Shown piece after piece: positions 46,239 through 59,245 of a stretch of 64,000 bases of DNA. The translations under genes were made by a program, and so were the position numbers. Position 1 is the stretch's first letter; each line of letters starts with the position of its first letter. Source of the stretch: Marsupella aquatica (Eukaryota; Plantae; Marchantiophyta); NCBI GenBank assembly GCA_973895155.1, contig OZ316893.1, positions 15,220,645 through 15,284,644 of the forward strand. The letters run 5' to 3'. The notes under the pieces are model-generated. The model was not told the DNA's origin. It saw nothing but the letters and a program-made list of their open reading frames with translations, and ran no database searches.

Positions 46239-49200
46239 TAGAAGGGCTGACATGCAACTAGCAACTGTCAAGCGAAGAGGCGGAGTGATGGCCTGCGGCC
46301 ATGCTATGGGCAACCATCATGCTCCTGCATTCATGGTTTGCACACACATGCCTTCCTTTGGGCGGGCTGGACTGCCATTGGCTATCCTACCTTGGTGCCA
46401 TGGTCAGGGTTGCCCTAGATCTGGGCTTGCAGCCATGGGAGTGGTGGTGGAGGGGGGCTTGGTGGCCTTGTTAGGTCGCGTCACCAGGTCACCTGCTCTT
46501 GGAGATGGGCTTTGGGCAGTATACCTGTGCTGCGGCATTTGGTCCTTGGGTGGCAGGTTACCTCGGCGGTTTGGTTGCAATTGTTGCTATAGTTTTTTGA
46601 CCCCATGTTTCAGACATTTTTGGACGGAAGTGGAAACCATGCAGGCTGCTGGCTTCTTCTCCCTTGGCTCCTTTCTAGCTGTTGGGGTGCTTTAATTTCA
46701 TCCTTCTTCTCCCTTCGCTTTTGCGGGGGGTGCCATTAGCCCCCTTGTAGGTGGTGTCCCCTCCGGTTCGAGGTTCTTGGCTTTTGACACCTCATCTTCA
46801 TTTTGTTTCATAAGTTTCTTTCCATGATTCCATTCCATTCCTTTCATTTCATTTCTCATTGTTTTGTTCCCCTCTTCTCTACTTTCTCCCTTTGTTTTCC
46901 TTCTCCTTCCAGGGTGTCTACCCAGATTAGTGGCCACTCCCCTCCTCCCTCTCCTATCCACTTGTCCCGGCTTAGTCTTGGGGGCACTTTGGACTTCTTG
47001 CTGGGTGATTTCTTAGCACTATTGGCCACCCCAAGGAATGTCCCCCCCTTTCCGCCCTGCATATCCCTATGTGCCACCCAAGTCTCCCCCCATGCATATT
47101 ATTCCTCCTCTCTCTCCCTCTTCCTCTCCCCCTCCGCCATCAGCAAGGTTCTCAAGTCTCCCCGTTTCCCTGGCTATGGGCCTGTTTGTAGACGCCCTTG
47201 TTGCTCCTCTGGTCCTCTTCTTCCCCGGCTATAGGCTCATTGGCCAACACTCCCATTGTCCCTCTTGTCATGACCATATACATGTGTGTATCGTTGTAGT
47301 ACTTAGTGTGCTAGCGGAGGCCATACCTTATGTAGGGCCGCAGTGCCTAGATAAGGATTGGTTCTATGCATAAAGTTGGAGGGGTGCCTTGTTGAGGGTG
47401 ACTCTCTTGTAGGACCCGCCCTTGGGTTGGAGAATTTACTGTGGAGTGTGCTTAACAAGCAATTAGTTCTTTGAGTTGAGCCTTTGGCATAGGGAGAGCC
47501 TTGGTAGTGAGTGGAGCTCCTTGGCTATTAATGGTGTCCCGTAACTTTGACCTAGATTCTCCATAATGGAGTGGGTTTGGCTTGACTGTTTGTGTTCTAT
47601 ACGTGTTTTATGATAGTATGCCTTTCACAATTTCACCCAAAGAACTAATTTAGATTGATTGTAGCTTTTGGAGTGTGGAAGCTCTATTAGAATTGATCCA
47701 AATCCGGTGAGAGGTTTGTGTTGTTGCTTCTATTGTAATGTGCAATCTGAATTCAATAGTGCGAATCTGTTAGCTCTGGTGTGTGGAACTATTTGTCATC
47801 TTTGAGAAGGACTATTGCAGATTTATGTATAGAGGAATCTATGCGGAAGCGCTATTGGATTTCAGTGCGTTTGTATTAGATCTAGATGGTCTTGGTGCAA
47901 ATCTATGCTGTGTGATCAGTGGGGCGAAAGCGCTATCCAAATTGTGGCTCATACATCGTGAGCGAAAGCGTTGTCTGATTTTACAATTTTGAAAGTGTAT
48001 GGGCCAAAATGTTGTCCAATTTTTAGCTCAAAGTATAGACCTCAGTCGTAGATAATTTCTTGTGGAGAGATAGTTATGGTGGCCAATTGAATTCTTGTCC
48101 GGACAGATTCATTTTTGGTCAAGGATTGGCGAAGTAATTGCTGATCAAAATTTTGCAGACTAGCTCTGGTGAATACCGGATATGAGGGGCTGGTGGCCAT
48201 TCCCTTTGTGTGTGGCTGGGGGTGCTCTATTTGTAGTGAACCGTGGCAAATCGGGGCAAAGGGAGCATGTCTCTGGCATTTCAAGGCTTTGAGGCAACTC
48301 GTGGTAGCTCGGGGCAAGCAAACTTGCTTGTTTGCTAGGCGTGTGATCGGATTGCAAATTGTGAGTAGTGTTTGACATAATTGGCCAACCCATCTTTGCA
48401 CTATTCTGCCTACAAGACACTTAAGTGACAAGTTCTGAGTTTTTCTACTGTATAGGGTGCATTAGAGGATTTGATGAAATATTTGGACGTTTTCCCCAAT
48501 ATATCCATCATTTTAAGTTGGGTTAGAACCTGTTCTTGGATTCCTAGAAGATGGTGGTGGATAGGGTTCCAAGCAACCAAAGAAAGATTTGTGAATAAGG
48601 CAATTGATGACTACAAGAACAAAGAACAATTTTGTCCAAGTAATTACAAGATGACTACAAGATCAAAGGAAGAGAAAGCACGCAGGGAGCATTTCAGACT
48701 CAAAGGATTTTTTTTGCAATGACTACAAGATTAAAGAAAGAGAGAGTATGTAGGGAGCACTTCAAACTCACAAGAAAATTTTGGCTATCTTTGTAACCCG
48801 CTTCCCCTATTGCCATCTCTGAAAGCAACACCCCTTGCTAATCTTCAACCTCATGATATCCAATACTTGATGGCCCTTCGTCCACGTTTGCATGCTGTCG
48901 TTTGACTGCTGCTCTGCGAGAACAGCTGCTCTCAGCAATTGAGCTGCCCTGCGTATTGACAATTCTCCCCCTTCACTCCATTCTGCTCATCGACAGGATC
49001 CATGGTGGGAGGAACTGACCTAGATCTCACTTGCTTTCCTTCGGCCACCATAGCTTTAATTCCCTTGATCATCAGGTCTCATCTCGCTATCCTTGTCCTT
49101 GACGTGGGCTCTTCCCCAAAGTCCTTGGACAACAATTCAAATCTCACATATGAGGCCGAAAGTTTATTTCCATTGAACAAGGGCCTGGGAAACTTCTCAC

Positions 49201-49324
49201 CCTATGTCATATTCTCTTCATCGAGTATTGTTAACCGCCAACGAGGGTTAAGCTAGCTGACCCAAGAATGGCGCGGTTAACTTTAGCTTGACTACCTTCT
49301 TTTGGACTTTATGGATATCTGTAA

Positions 49325-50701
49325 GAGTCACAATGTGTTCAACTAAGCAGGAAGACTGTTGCGCTTCAGCACTTGGGTGCTCCATTGTGGCTAGGGGCTA
49401 CAGCCTTTGTTATTCACGGACTACACATTTTACCTTTTGATCTGACTATATTTGACTGACCACAATGTTATTAGGTTGCATAGTCAGCCTGAACTGTGTA
49501 GTCAACACATCCACAAAAACATTGTTGTACCGGGTGGGCCCAGAGGTCCACTAGGAGAGAATCTGAAACTTTGGGTCCACTAGGAGAGAATCTCCATTGT
49601 TTGTTCCATTTAAAGAAAAAGTTTTATTTGGAGGTTCACTAAATATATCTCTCCCCTATTGGCATACACTGCAACCAAAAACTTCTTACTATATCTTTTT
49701 TTATACCAATGGTATGTTTTTGTGACTATGAGCACCTGGTATTCAAATTTTGGAGTATCTTTTGGGCCATTTTGTGGTTCTTTACATCTCCTCCGCATCC
49801 CACAACAATGGTTTAGCCAGTTGTTGGCAAGGAGAACTTACTGTTAGTTTCTTGTCCAAATTAGTATCACAGACCCATTGCAGTACCCCTAAGTTCAAGA
49901 ATGTACCTAAGGAAGGTAGTCATGAGTGGTTGCTAGGAGCACACTCATGAGATCTCAATTACCCTGATCACAATGCTATGTGTAGCAATGCCAACAGAGA
50001 CACAGATTAAAAGTTATGGCCTTGATTGATATGTCTGCAGACCAAAAATAGGGATCCAGACCAGTGGTAGGGGTGGCAGGCCCCCAAAACATAAACAAGG
50101 GGAAAATGAGTTTGAACAATTCACAAGCCATAAGTCCCAATCAATTGTCGCTACTCCCGCCAGGCCAAGGGACACAATGACCTTGTGCAAGAGAGCCAAT
50201 GTATACAAGCCGACCAGGAGGGATTTCTTTTAATGGAACAAGGGATTTTTTTAGTGGACCAAAAGGCGGAGATTCTTTCCCAATGGACCTTTGAGCCCAC
50301 TCTGTACAACAATGTTCTTGCCAAATAGTTTACAACACAGTTTAGGCTGACTATGCAGCGCAATAACACTGTGGTTGGTCCCATGTAGTAACGTCAATAG
50401 GTAAATGTGTAGTGCGTGAATCACCCAAGGGCCTTAGCCTCTGGATGCAGTGGAGCACCCAACCGCCATGGTCTCATTGCTTGGTTGAATACATTGCGGC
50501 TATTGTATTCAAGCTATAAATGAAAGATCTTAAGGCTACATCAAAACGCCAAGCCCTGTAGCGCAGTCTCCCAGCCTGGTTGGATACATCTTGACTAATG
50601 TATTTAAGCTACAATGAAAGACCATACAACTGCATAGAGCACCCCTGCACCGTAGTGTCATCTCCTAGCTGGTTGAATACATTGTAGACATTGTATTCAA
50701 A
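49325..50701. repeat. Degenerate inverted pair (about 49325-49435 / 50399-50500) plus about 95-bp tandem units (50480-50701)
   Basis: AGGTAAATGTGTAGT...TGGAGCACCCAA...GTTGAA(T/C)ACATTG is present on both strands. GGTTG(A/G)ATACAT recurs three times. Confidence 0.55.
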
Positions 50702-51199
50702 CTACCCTATTAATCTGGAATATTTTAGAATATACCAACTAGACTAATTCTTTGAAACCCTATCTTTCCTTATAAGTCTCAAAATTGAATTTTAAAACCT
50801 AAAGTTCTTAAACAAATCCTTATATGTGTTTCCTTAGAACCAATAAATTGATTCTATGTTTAGTCGCATGTGATATGCCATTTCTGCGGAAATGAGACCC
50901 CCGAGCATTCACTATCCTCTCTCAAGCCAAGGCGGTTGGTTTTTGGGCATCTAGTCAACTTTATCTTTTGGGACCTTCCTTTGCAATCTACCCTAGAGCT
51001 CTACCAAGAGTTTCAGTTTGTGGCTTAGTAGGGTTTTAGTTTTTTGGCCAATTGGTCTTGGATTTTCCTTGTTGAGTTTGGCCCAACCCCCCCCCCCCCC
51101 CCCCTTGTGGGGATCCTGTCTCCCAATCATGCATTTTTAGTTATCTTGCAATGATCTATATTAAGAGATGGATAGAAAAAAATGGAACATGGTTAAGCA

Positions 51200-51405
51200 C
51201 CACAGTGGGGCTTCTTTGTCAGCTCAGGTGGCCACAGTGATGATCATTAGGTCCCAAGTTCAACCCCGTCCACAATTTATGCTCCAGATTTTGCTCTTGC
51301 ATGTAAATGGGTTTTTGGGGTTCTATGTTGAACTGCTTTGGGCAGGTCAAATGAGTTATGCGTCACAAGCCCCAGCTGTAGTTGTAGTAATTATTAAAAA
51401 AAATC
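51200..51405 (+). mobile_element. Degenerate SINE-like element
   Basis: A-box-like AGCTCAGGTGG, B-box-like AAGTTCAACCC and an A8 tail. Confidence 0.45.
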
Positions 51406-51420
51406 AATTTTGAAATCCTT

Positions 51421-51640
51421 TGCCACTAAAGATATTGTAATTGACAATCATGTCACTATTTTTTTATATTTATAAAAATGTCACGGCTTCATATATGGAT
51501 GACAAATTTACAAAGGTAACCAGGGCAACTATATAAGTAAATAGTGGCATTTTTGTAAATAAAAAAATTAGTGATAATATTGTAAATTTGAACATCTTTA
51601 GTGACAATACTTAAAAGCTAAAAAATAGTTCGTAAATCCC
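51421..51640. mobile_element. AT-rich MITE-like inverted repeat upstream of RRS1
   Basis: TGCCACTAAAGAT...AAAAATGTCAC (51421-51484) is an imperfect inverse of GTGGCATTTTT...ATCTTTAGTGACA (51544-51606). Confidence 0.6.
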
Positions 51641-51767
51641 TTTCGACTTTACCCAATAGCGACCGTTTCCGTTAGTATCTCGTTTATCCCGGGAACGAGT
51701 TTATTTAGCGTTATAATGGGAACAAGTTTATGTAGCGTTGCCTTTATCCCGGGCGCTGCTGTACCGT

Positions 51768-51787
51768 AACCCTAACACAACCCTAAA
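51768..51787 (+). promoter_or_regulatory. Telo-box-like motifs
   Basis: AACCCTAA occurs twice about 150-170 bp upstream of the RRS1 ATG. Telo-boxes are typical of plant ribosome-biogenesis gene promoters. Confidence 0.55.
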
Positions 51788-51936
51788 TTCTGTTACCCCT
51801 CAGGACTTTCTGAGCTCATAGGGTGCATAGACACACACACAAATTTCAGCACTTCTTCATACTGTAGCTCAGCCAGCCTGTTGAGTTTCTTTCAACAGGT
51901 TTAGAGAGCTTTTGGAGATAGACAGAAAGCGCAGCA

Positions 51937-54857
51937 ATGGAGGAGGGACGGGGATCCATGACGGTGGTGCCAGAAGGAACAGCTGCGGCGACAGTGGCAG
52001 CGGAGTCCGCGCAGGGATTGCAAGCGATCGATCTGGGCAACATGCTCATTTTCGATCCCAGCGTGACCATCTCTTCACCGTAAGCCAAACTTCTCTATGA
52101 CATGCACGTCCCTCAATTGGAATTCCCTGCAGAGCTCGTTTATCCCCTTGAAAATCAGACGAACAAGATCTGTGTGTAATTGAAAGTGGAAAAGTCGCAG
52201 TTGGACGCTTGTGAATTTGCAATTGTCACGGGAGAAGTCTTAAGGAATCGGAATGCTGAAGCCTGTAAGGATAGGTAATATCTTGCCTATCATTGAAGAA
52301 ATAATGTTGCGAAAGACAGATGAGTATGTATGGGAGGCTAGGCAGCGATGGTCGACATGGACTGATACTGCGACTCTGTTCCTCTACTTGTCCGTGAAAA
52401 TCGGAGAGTGGAGTTTCGTTCAAGGGAGTGGCGTAGTTTATATTTAGCAAATTTAATTTGGAGAATTTATGCTGATCGCAGGGATGAGATTCTGGAACAT
52501 GGTGCTGCATTGTTGCAAGTCCTTAAGGACAAGCTTTGTGAGCTGCCGACTACTCCTGACAAAGTTGGACGATTGATCACCCTTCCTCCTCCGATCACTC
52601 GTCTTCCTCGGGAAAAGCCGGTGAGTAATGTCGTCTTATGGAATTAGTTTTTTGGTGTGGAAGAAGGACCTCACGATGGGGTGTGCTAACCGATTTTCTG
52701 ACTGCATCTTTGCAGCTACCAGCACCCAGAGCTCCAACAAAGTGGGAGCAGTTTGCCCAGAAGAAAGGTACTACCTGTAGTACCAACTCGTCCTTTTAAT
52801 CACTCTCGGCATTGCATGTGTTGCAAATAGGAATATCTAGGGATGAATGCACAATGTAAGGGATTATAGCAACAGCGGACGAAAATCATAAATCATTGGC
52901 CATGACGTCTTTGAAGCTCGTCCGTGAAGCTCGTCCGTTTTCTTTGGCGAGAACTTGGCCATAGTGATGAATTATTCGATTCACTGAATCTTGTTCATCC
53001 CTTCCTATGTGCATTGCAGGAATTGTCAAAAGGAAACGAAGCAAGTTGGAGTTTGACGAGGCCACAGATGAATGGAGAAGAAGGCATGGATACAAGCGAG
53101 TTCGTGATGAGAACGACATTCCTGTTATTCCTGCCAAGGACTCTGATGGTACTGTAACGGCTGTCACTGAACTAGGATTTCAGTCTTTGCCATCTGAATG
53201 GTGTCTTTGATTTTTAGCTCCATGGAATATGTTTCACTTGACCTCTAGGATGTGCTCGTTTTTTGACCGTTAAACTGCAGGTAGCAGTCCGCTCCTAAGG
53301 TCTCTATACTGTTAACGATTGTATTTATTCGTCCATTACAACATTGACTGGGCTTGCGCTTCATTGAAGATACGTTATACCCTTGTAACTATCCGTATCT
53401 AAGCAGTGGTGTTTGGGGAATGCAGTACTAGGGGAGGACCCATTTGCTAAAAGGAAAGACGAGAAAAAGCAGCGTGTTGCCAAACAAGAAAAAAATCAGC
53501 TGGCCAATCTCAAGCAGGCTGCAAAACTTGGAGGCAAGGGTGCTCTCCCAAGGTACAATTCCGTAAAGCAATCATTTCTGTTTTGTTGTGAGAAGCGTCT
53601 TATCTCAATAATATCGCATGGTGAGATGTAGTTAGTAAAGATTTAAACCTCTCGGACTGAGAAGGCATCTCAGCCTGGCACAGGAAAATAGATAGACTCC
53701 TTGTAGTAGCTTGATGACTGTACTTGACAGAGGATTAACAAACCTACAGAATTTTGATTTGTTGTATTTCAACCCTTCATCAAAGCTGACAATCGGTTGA
53801 AACGTCAGTACATTGCAGTTGGCCGCCACATCATTGCCCATTACAGGCAGTAAAACACCTTCAAAGCGTTTAAATAAAGACGAAATTGGCTTTGCTGCGG
53901 GTCTGGCTAGTGCATCAACTGCTAGTATTGGAAAGTTTGACAAAAAGCTACCAGGGGAAAAACCTGCCAAGCATGCAGGAAAGCATCGGAAGGTGAATTA
54001 TGGAAATCTTTTGAATTATGGAAAATTCTGCTCAGATCCTGTGCAGCCCCCGATTTTTTTAAAAACCTGGATGCATTTTTCTTATCGGCGATTGTTCTAT
54101 CCTGTTCTATCTTCTCTGTTTAAAGTAGTCTGGTGCCATCTATTACACCCTTGATGAATATTCGACCAGTGTTGAGACTTATGCAAGTTGTCCAACTATA
54201 TATAGCAGAGATTCCATATTAACATAGTCACGGTCATTGAGGTACTTGGGCTTCTTTAGTGTATGCTACGTGTGTTTAGTTTACAACGTGGTTTAGAAGT
54301 CTGTTTTATGTACTAACTTCATTTTTCTCTACATGATATGGAGGACACAGTTCTTACCTGTCGTGGAGGGTAAAGGTTCCGACAGTCAGGAAAAGCAGCA
54401 GTTGAATAATGTGATGTCCAAAGTGCTGGCAGCTAATAATCATGACATCTTGAATGTCAGCAAGGTATGAGACCTCGATCACTTGTAGCCTTCTATACCG
54501 TTGGCTTGTACACATGGCATCTGTTCTTAGTTGCTATCAGTGGAATCTTTGGGAAGTGGATGACCCCACAAAGACTAAAGCATTCTGTGCCAGCAAGCGT
54601 GCCTTACATAACTTGCATTTTATGTCCAGGCTGTAAGTATGTACAATGTAGAAGAGGAAGGAAAGCGGGCAAAGGAAAATAGGAAGTCAGGAGGCAAGCA
54701 GAAAAGGTTTTCAAAGAAGGATCGAGCTGCTAAGAAGGGAGGTCCATTTAAAGGTGCCAAAGGAAAGACTGGCGGTGGAAGGGATGGGCGGCCCTCAAAG
54801 GGTGGTGCCAGCCCTGGCGGTCAGAAGGGAAAGAGTTCAAAGAGAGTAAAAAGATAG
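51937..54857 (+). CDS. RRS1: Ribosome biogenesis regulatory protein RRS1. Exons 51937-52079, 52482-52620, 52716-52767, 53020-53148, 53426-53552, 53809-53992, 54351-54464, 54630-54857
   Basis: [10 protein letters not shown]; [15 protein letters not shown]; [24 protein letters not shown]; WRRRHGYKR; GEDPF; [16 protein letters not shown]. Canonical GT-AG junctions keep the frame. Confidence 0.96.
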
Positions 54858-55849
54858 AGGATACATAAATCCGAAGTCTGTACTATATTAAAATTTTTGA
54901 CACTAGTGTAGAATGTTATAGAGTAAGAGTGATGTAGTAAGTAGGCTCAAGGTGATTATTTTCTTAGTGTCTTGAAGTAGTAAGAGCAGAGTGGCAAAAT
55001 GGAGCAGAACCTTACTTGAAGCCCGCTTGGCAACCAAATGGATGACTTGTTTCCTCCGGTTTGTTTGAGATATCTAGTGCTCTTCAGGCATGCAAACTGG
55101 GTAGAAAACAGCGATGCAGTCAGAATCGAACCTCCGGAGATTGGTTCTTTACTGGCACAAAGTATATACTGGCACAAAGTGTGGTGTGTCATGAATTAGC
55201 GCAATTTTCTTACTATTTTGACTAGGTTGTTGGTTTGGTTGACTACGACCCATTTAGAAAATAAAGGAAACCATGCTGCTAGGGACGGGGGGATTGCTAA
55301 TTTATGAGGTACTGAGCACATGTAGCAGATTTGGTCTGATGGTGAGATGAAATTGGATATCATGGTAAGAAAGAGCTTAGTTTCTCGGCATTGACTAAGT
55401 TCCCATGTATTTTGTTTGTTTGGTTGTTTTGCCTTTTTACACTGAATACCCAGAAGACTTTCCAGGAGACTTTATAGACCAAGTAGCCAGAAAGTACAAG
55501 AGCTGCATCGAAAGTTCTCCTAGGGACAAGCTGAGGTCATGAAGGTCGAACAAGCCCATGCAATGACCTCAAGTGTGTGCCACATAGAAAATATCACCAT
55601 AGCCAAACTTCTATGTGCTGCTACAACTCCTATGATACTCAACTCAATACAGGAGTCAAACAGACCTTGCAAATATTAGTCATGCAACAACTAGTTCTGG
55701 TTCCCCTACTCATGTAAGCTTTAATAATGTCACCTCATTACACGAGCCAAAGAAACCTGCAACAAAGCTGGTGAAGATGCGCAGTCAAGGTAGCTGTCGA
55801 GAGGAAGACAGTAAGCAGTGATGAGCTATGGGATTTTTTGTGTTTTATG

Positions 55850-56400
55850 TAAATTTTACATTGTAATATTTTGGGCTTTAGCTCACGGTCAAAGCAAGAG
55901 GCATGTAGCACTTGACCCAAACCCTTCGGCCCGTAGGGCTGCAACACCTCCTATGGTGGCGGAGTCTTTGCCAATCTACAAGATTTCCGGGCTTACCCAT
56001 GGCTGATGATGACACTGGCCGGAGCAACGACATGTGCTTCCCCCTTGGAATGGTCTTCCTGACCTGTGACGGGCTGATCTGTTTTTTTCTAGGGGCTGGG
56101 GTTTGTGCTCTAGGGGATGTGGTTATTACCAATTCTACCGAAGGGAGCCACCTCGTAGTTGCAGCCCATGTGCCCAGCCATGCGGCAGCCTAGGCAGTTC
56201 GTTACTTGGGGGATCTTTTTTACCATTTTGCTCGAGAGGTTTTTGATCCTTTCCACCCTACCTTTGACTAGTCGCTTTGGGTCTGTGCAATCTTTTGTAT
56301 TGAGAGGAGGTCATTCTCACCTGTACTGTCCTCACCGAATTATTTTGGCAGCGGGTATATGTTGCTCTTCAGCCGGCCCAGGCTTTCACCCTCCTTTGTA
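55850..56400 (+). mobile_element. 3' fragment of a CRE-like retroposon
   Basis: EQRHVLP...RADL...ALGDVVITNST resembles the endonuclease region at 31700-31820. Confidence 0.5.
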
Positions 56401-57216
56401 GGGCTAAGGCAGTTGATTTTAGGGCCTCTTGGCAGGTCTCATTTTGTGATTCTCCTATGCGGTTTATTTTGGAGCTCTATCAGACATTTCAGTACTCCGC
56501 TTAGTAGGGTGTTAGTCTTCTCGGCTTCTTTGTAGGTTGCTTTGTTGTGTACATCATTGTTCCTTTGTTGGCTTTTGTTGGGGACCCGTTGGCTTTTTGC
56601 ACCCTTTTGGTATTCTTGGGGCTCTTCTCTCCCCTTCATTGGGCTCCTTTGCTGTTGGGATCTTGTCTTCAGGTTCGGCATTTTTTGCCCTTTGACAGTG
56701 TGTGATATAGATAGTAGTAGGTGAGGGAATGAGACTTTTATATGAGGAGGTGTGGCATAAAGAGCCACATGACAAAAACATGGTTCAAACAATTTTTAAT
56801 ATTTTTTCTTGAAATTGTGGAGCAAAATCACACACTAATGTGAAAAAGAGAGAAGTTTTGGATACTTCTCCTTTCATATGGCTATGGCTGGTTATGGGTT
56901 TAGGGTGGTGGTTTAATCGGAGGCACACTTTGTGCAGACTTTTGGGGAGTAAAATTGCATTCTTCTTGCTCGTGTTTTGAGAATATGATGAGATGGAGTG
57001 CAGCGTTCCGTGAGCGAAAATTGTGGACTGTGACGATTTTGATCACCATGGGATCGCTTTGCTCCAGCGGCGAAACTGAGCTCCATATCATGATCATGGG
57101 TAAAGCTCCAGAGTGCCATTTCAGTAGGGTTTCCGACTCGGTCCACAGCAACGAATTGGCTTAATATTTGGTTTCTGAGGAGGCGATGGCGATGGCAGTT
57201 TAGGGCTTCCGCGAAA

Positions 57217-57759
57217 ATGAATTCGACAATTTTGCTGCAGAAATTTTTGCCGACGAGAGGGTGGGGCGCTCCATCGTCTTATGTCTGCAAGAGCTCCTCA
57301 CGACAGGCATGGTCAATTCGGGTGTTCGCGAGCTCTCCTCCCTCTTCGGATCACATTGGTGTGACTGATACCATTCCTTCAATTCACAGGAAGGTGATAT
57401 GGTTTCATCACATAAAGTCGTCCAAGAAGAAGAAACACATCGTCGAATGGGGTAAGGAGCTGAGGCTTGGAGGGTACTGCAAACCGGGGTTTCCGGGGGT
57501 ACTCATCTTCGAGGGTGAGGGAGAGAATGTGGCGGATTATTTGAAGAGAATCAAGCGATTGCGCTGGCAGCACCTCCAAGTGAGAGGTGGGGAAGAGGAA
57601 CAGCTTCCGTCGAAAGACGAGCAGAGTGTGGATTCTCTCCGAAGATTTCCCATGGGCATCAAAGAGCTCCCTGAGTCTGGCATGTCTGAACTTGCTGAGA
57701 AGTGCCGTGACGCGAATCTTGAGCAGCTGTTTCTCAGTGCACTCAAGATCTCTCGATGA
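57217..57759 (+). CDS. DUF1115 (RWDD2 C-terminal-like) domain protein, intronless
   Basis: RKVIWFHHIKSSKKKKHIVEWGKELRLGGYCKPGFPGVLIFEG...YLKRIKRLRWQ...MSELAEKC...LEQLF. Confidence 0.85.
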   Translation: MNSTILLQKFLPTRGWGAPSSYVCKSSSRQAWSIRVFASSPPSSDHIGVTDTIPSIHRKVIWFHHIKSSKKKKHIVEWGKELRLGGYCKPGFPGVLIFEGEGENVADYLKRIKRLRWQHLQVRGGEEEQLPSKDEQSVDSLRRFPMGIKELPESGMSELAEKCRDANLEQLFLSALKISR

Positions 57760-59245
57760 ACTAACACAGCACAGCAATGGACAGGATTGATGGCATCGAG
57801 ATCAACAGAATTGACAGATGTTACTGGCAAAACTTCGTAGTGCCTGCCTCCGGGACTTAGAAAGACCTTCAGCTGCAATGCCTGTAGCTAGAATTGGCAT
57901 TAACTGTTGAGAATCTTAGAGCTTAATAGTTCCTTCCCGAAGCTCTCAGAAGAAGCCTTAGACTGTTGCCATTTTCCCAAACTGTTGGGAACGTTAGGGC
58001 TTCTTGAAAGTTCAGCCTCAAGAAAGTTGAATTCAAGATCAGAGTCTTTAATTTCACAAAAAATAATCTTGTCCGGAAACAAATTTGAAATCACGTTAAG
58101 TTCCTCAATACATCACAAAATCACTCCCTTCTTGCATATCGCTGGAGTCGGCAAAACTTACATGAATTGATCAACTTGAGACTTTAATGTGGATCTAGTT
58201 CAACGTGTCAAGTTTGGTGACGAAGGAGGGAGAGACGGGTGTTTCGTTCGGTGTGATGGCATTCTCTGTCTACAAGGTCCAATCTTTGAGAAACCGGGAA
58301 TCCGTCACATGTTGCTGAGGCTAGCCAGCTACACTCTTCTTCGGAGGCCAAACTAAGATTGGTAAAGGTAACTTCCCAGGAGTAGTGGAATCTTCGCATC
58401 ACACAAAAGTGAGATGGTCTGGTCCCTCACCGTTTCTTGCTTCAAGGCGCAAGACTTGAGATCATTGCTAAAAAAGCTTCACTGACTGGGCACATGTGGA
58501 TGATGGGAAACAACAGTAACCAGGATGTCTGATTGTTGTACAAACTAAGGGCCCTGAGGACAACTCCCTTATATTGCACAGATTTCATAAGGCATGTGAA
58601 GAAGTAACCAACGAAAGCTTGCAGGTCTGTTACGGGGAAGTCAAGCCAATCATGGAGATCAACACATCTGAGGAGAATCGAGAAAATTTCGAGTCACCAG
58701 TGTCTTACAATTGACCAGAATGATGAAAGATGCACTCGTGTTTCAGTTTCATGATACAAAAGGGCAAATATAAAATTTGTTTATTAAGAGGCCAAACTTA
58801 CAACAAATAATTTTACTCCCGACATGCTACCGTTCTATCGAGCTTCAGTTATTCAACCAGATGTTCCCACCATGGCCGACAGCCTTGATACACAAATTGA
58901 ACCCCGGAAAGTAGGTTTTCCCAAGGTTTGTTCCTGCGGGAAACTTTGGAAGATCCAAGACAGCCAACAAGCATTGTTGGAACTCCAGTTCACCTATGAA
59001 AGTTTAAGGGTAATGACGACCCAAATACAACTCTCCTGCAATGTCTTGACCATAAGCTCCTGTACACGCAGCAAAACACCCAACCTGCAGTCGAAGACTA
59101 CTGTTGGTGCTGCATCAGCCTGTGTCAGTCTCTACACAGGTGAAAGTAGAGCATTCAGTTACCAAATTATGAATCTGTCCGTGACAGCTCAATCAATTGA
59201 AGAGTCGCTTGCTATAGTGGTCTTGACAGCTCTGCGTTGTCATTA

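Noticed and set aside
46250-49300. Patchy GC/CT-rich sequence resembling decayed retroelement internal or LTR DNA
   Set aside because: No termini, TSD or protein motif could be fixed.
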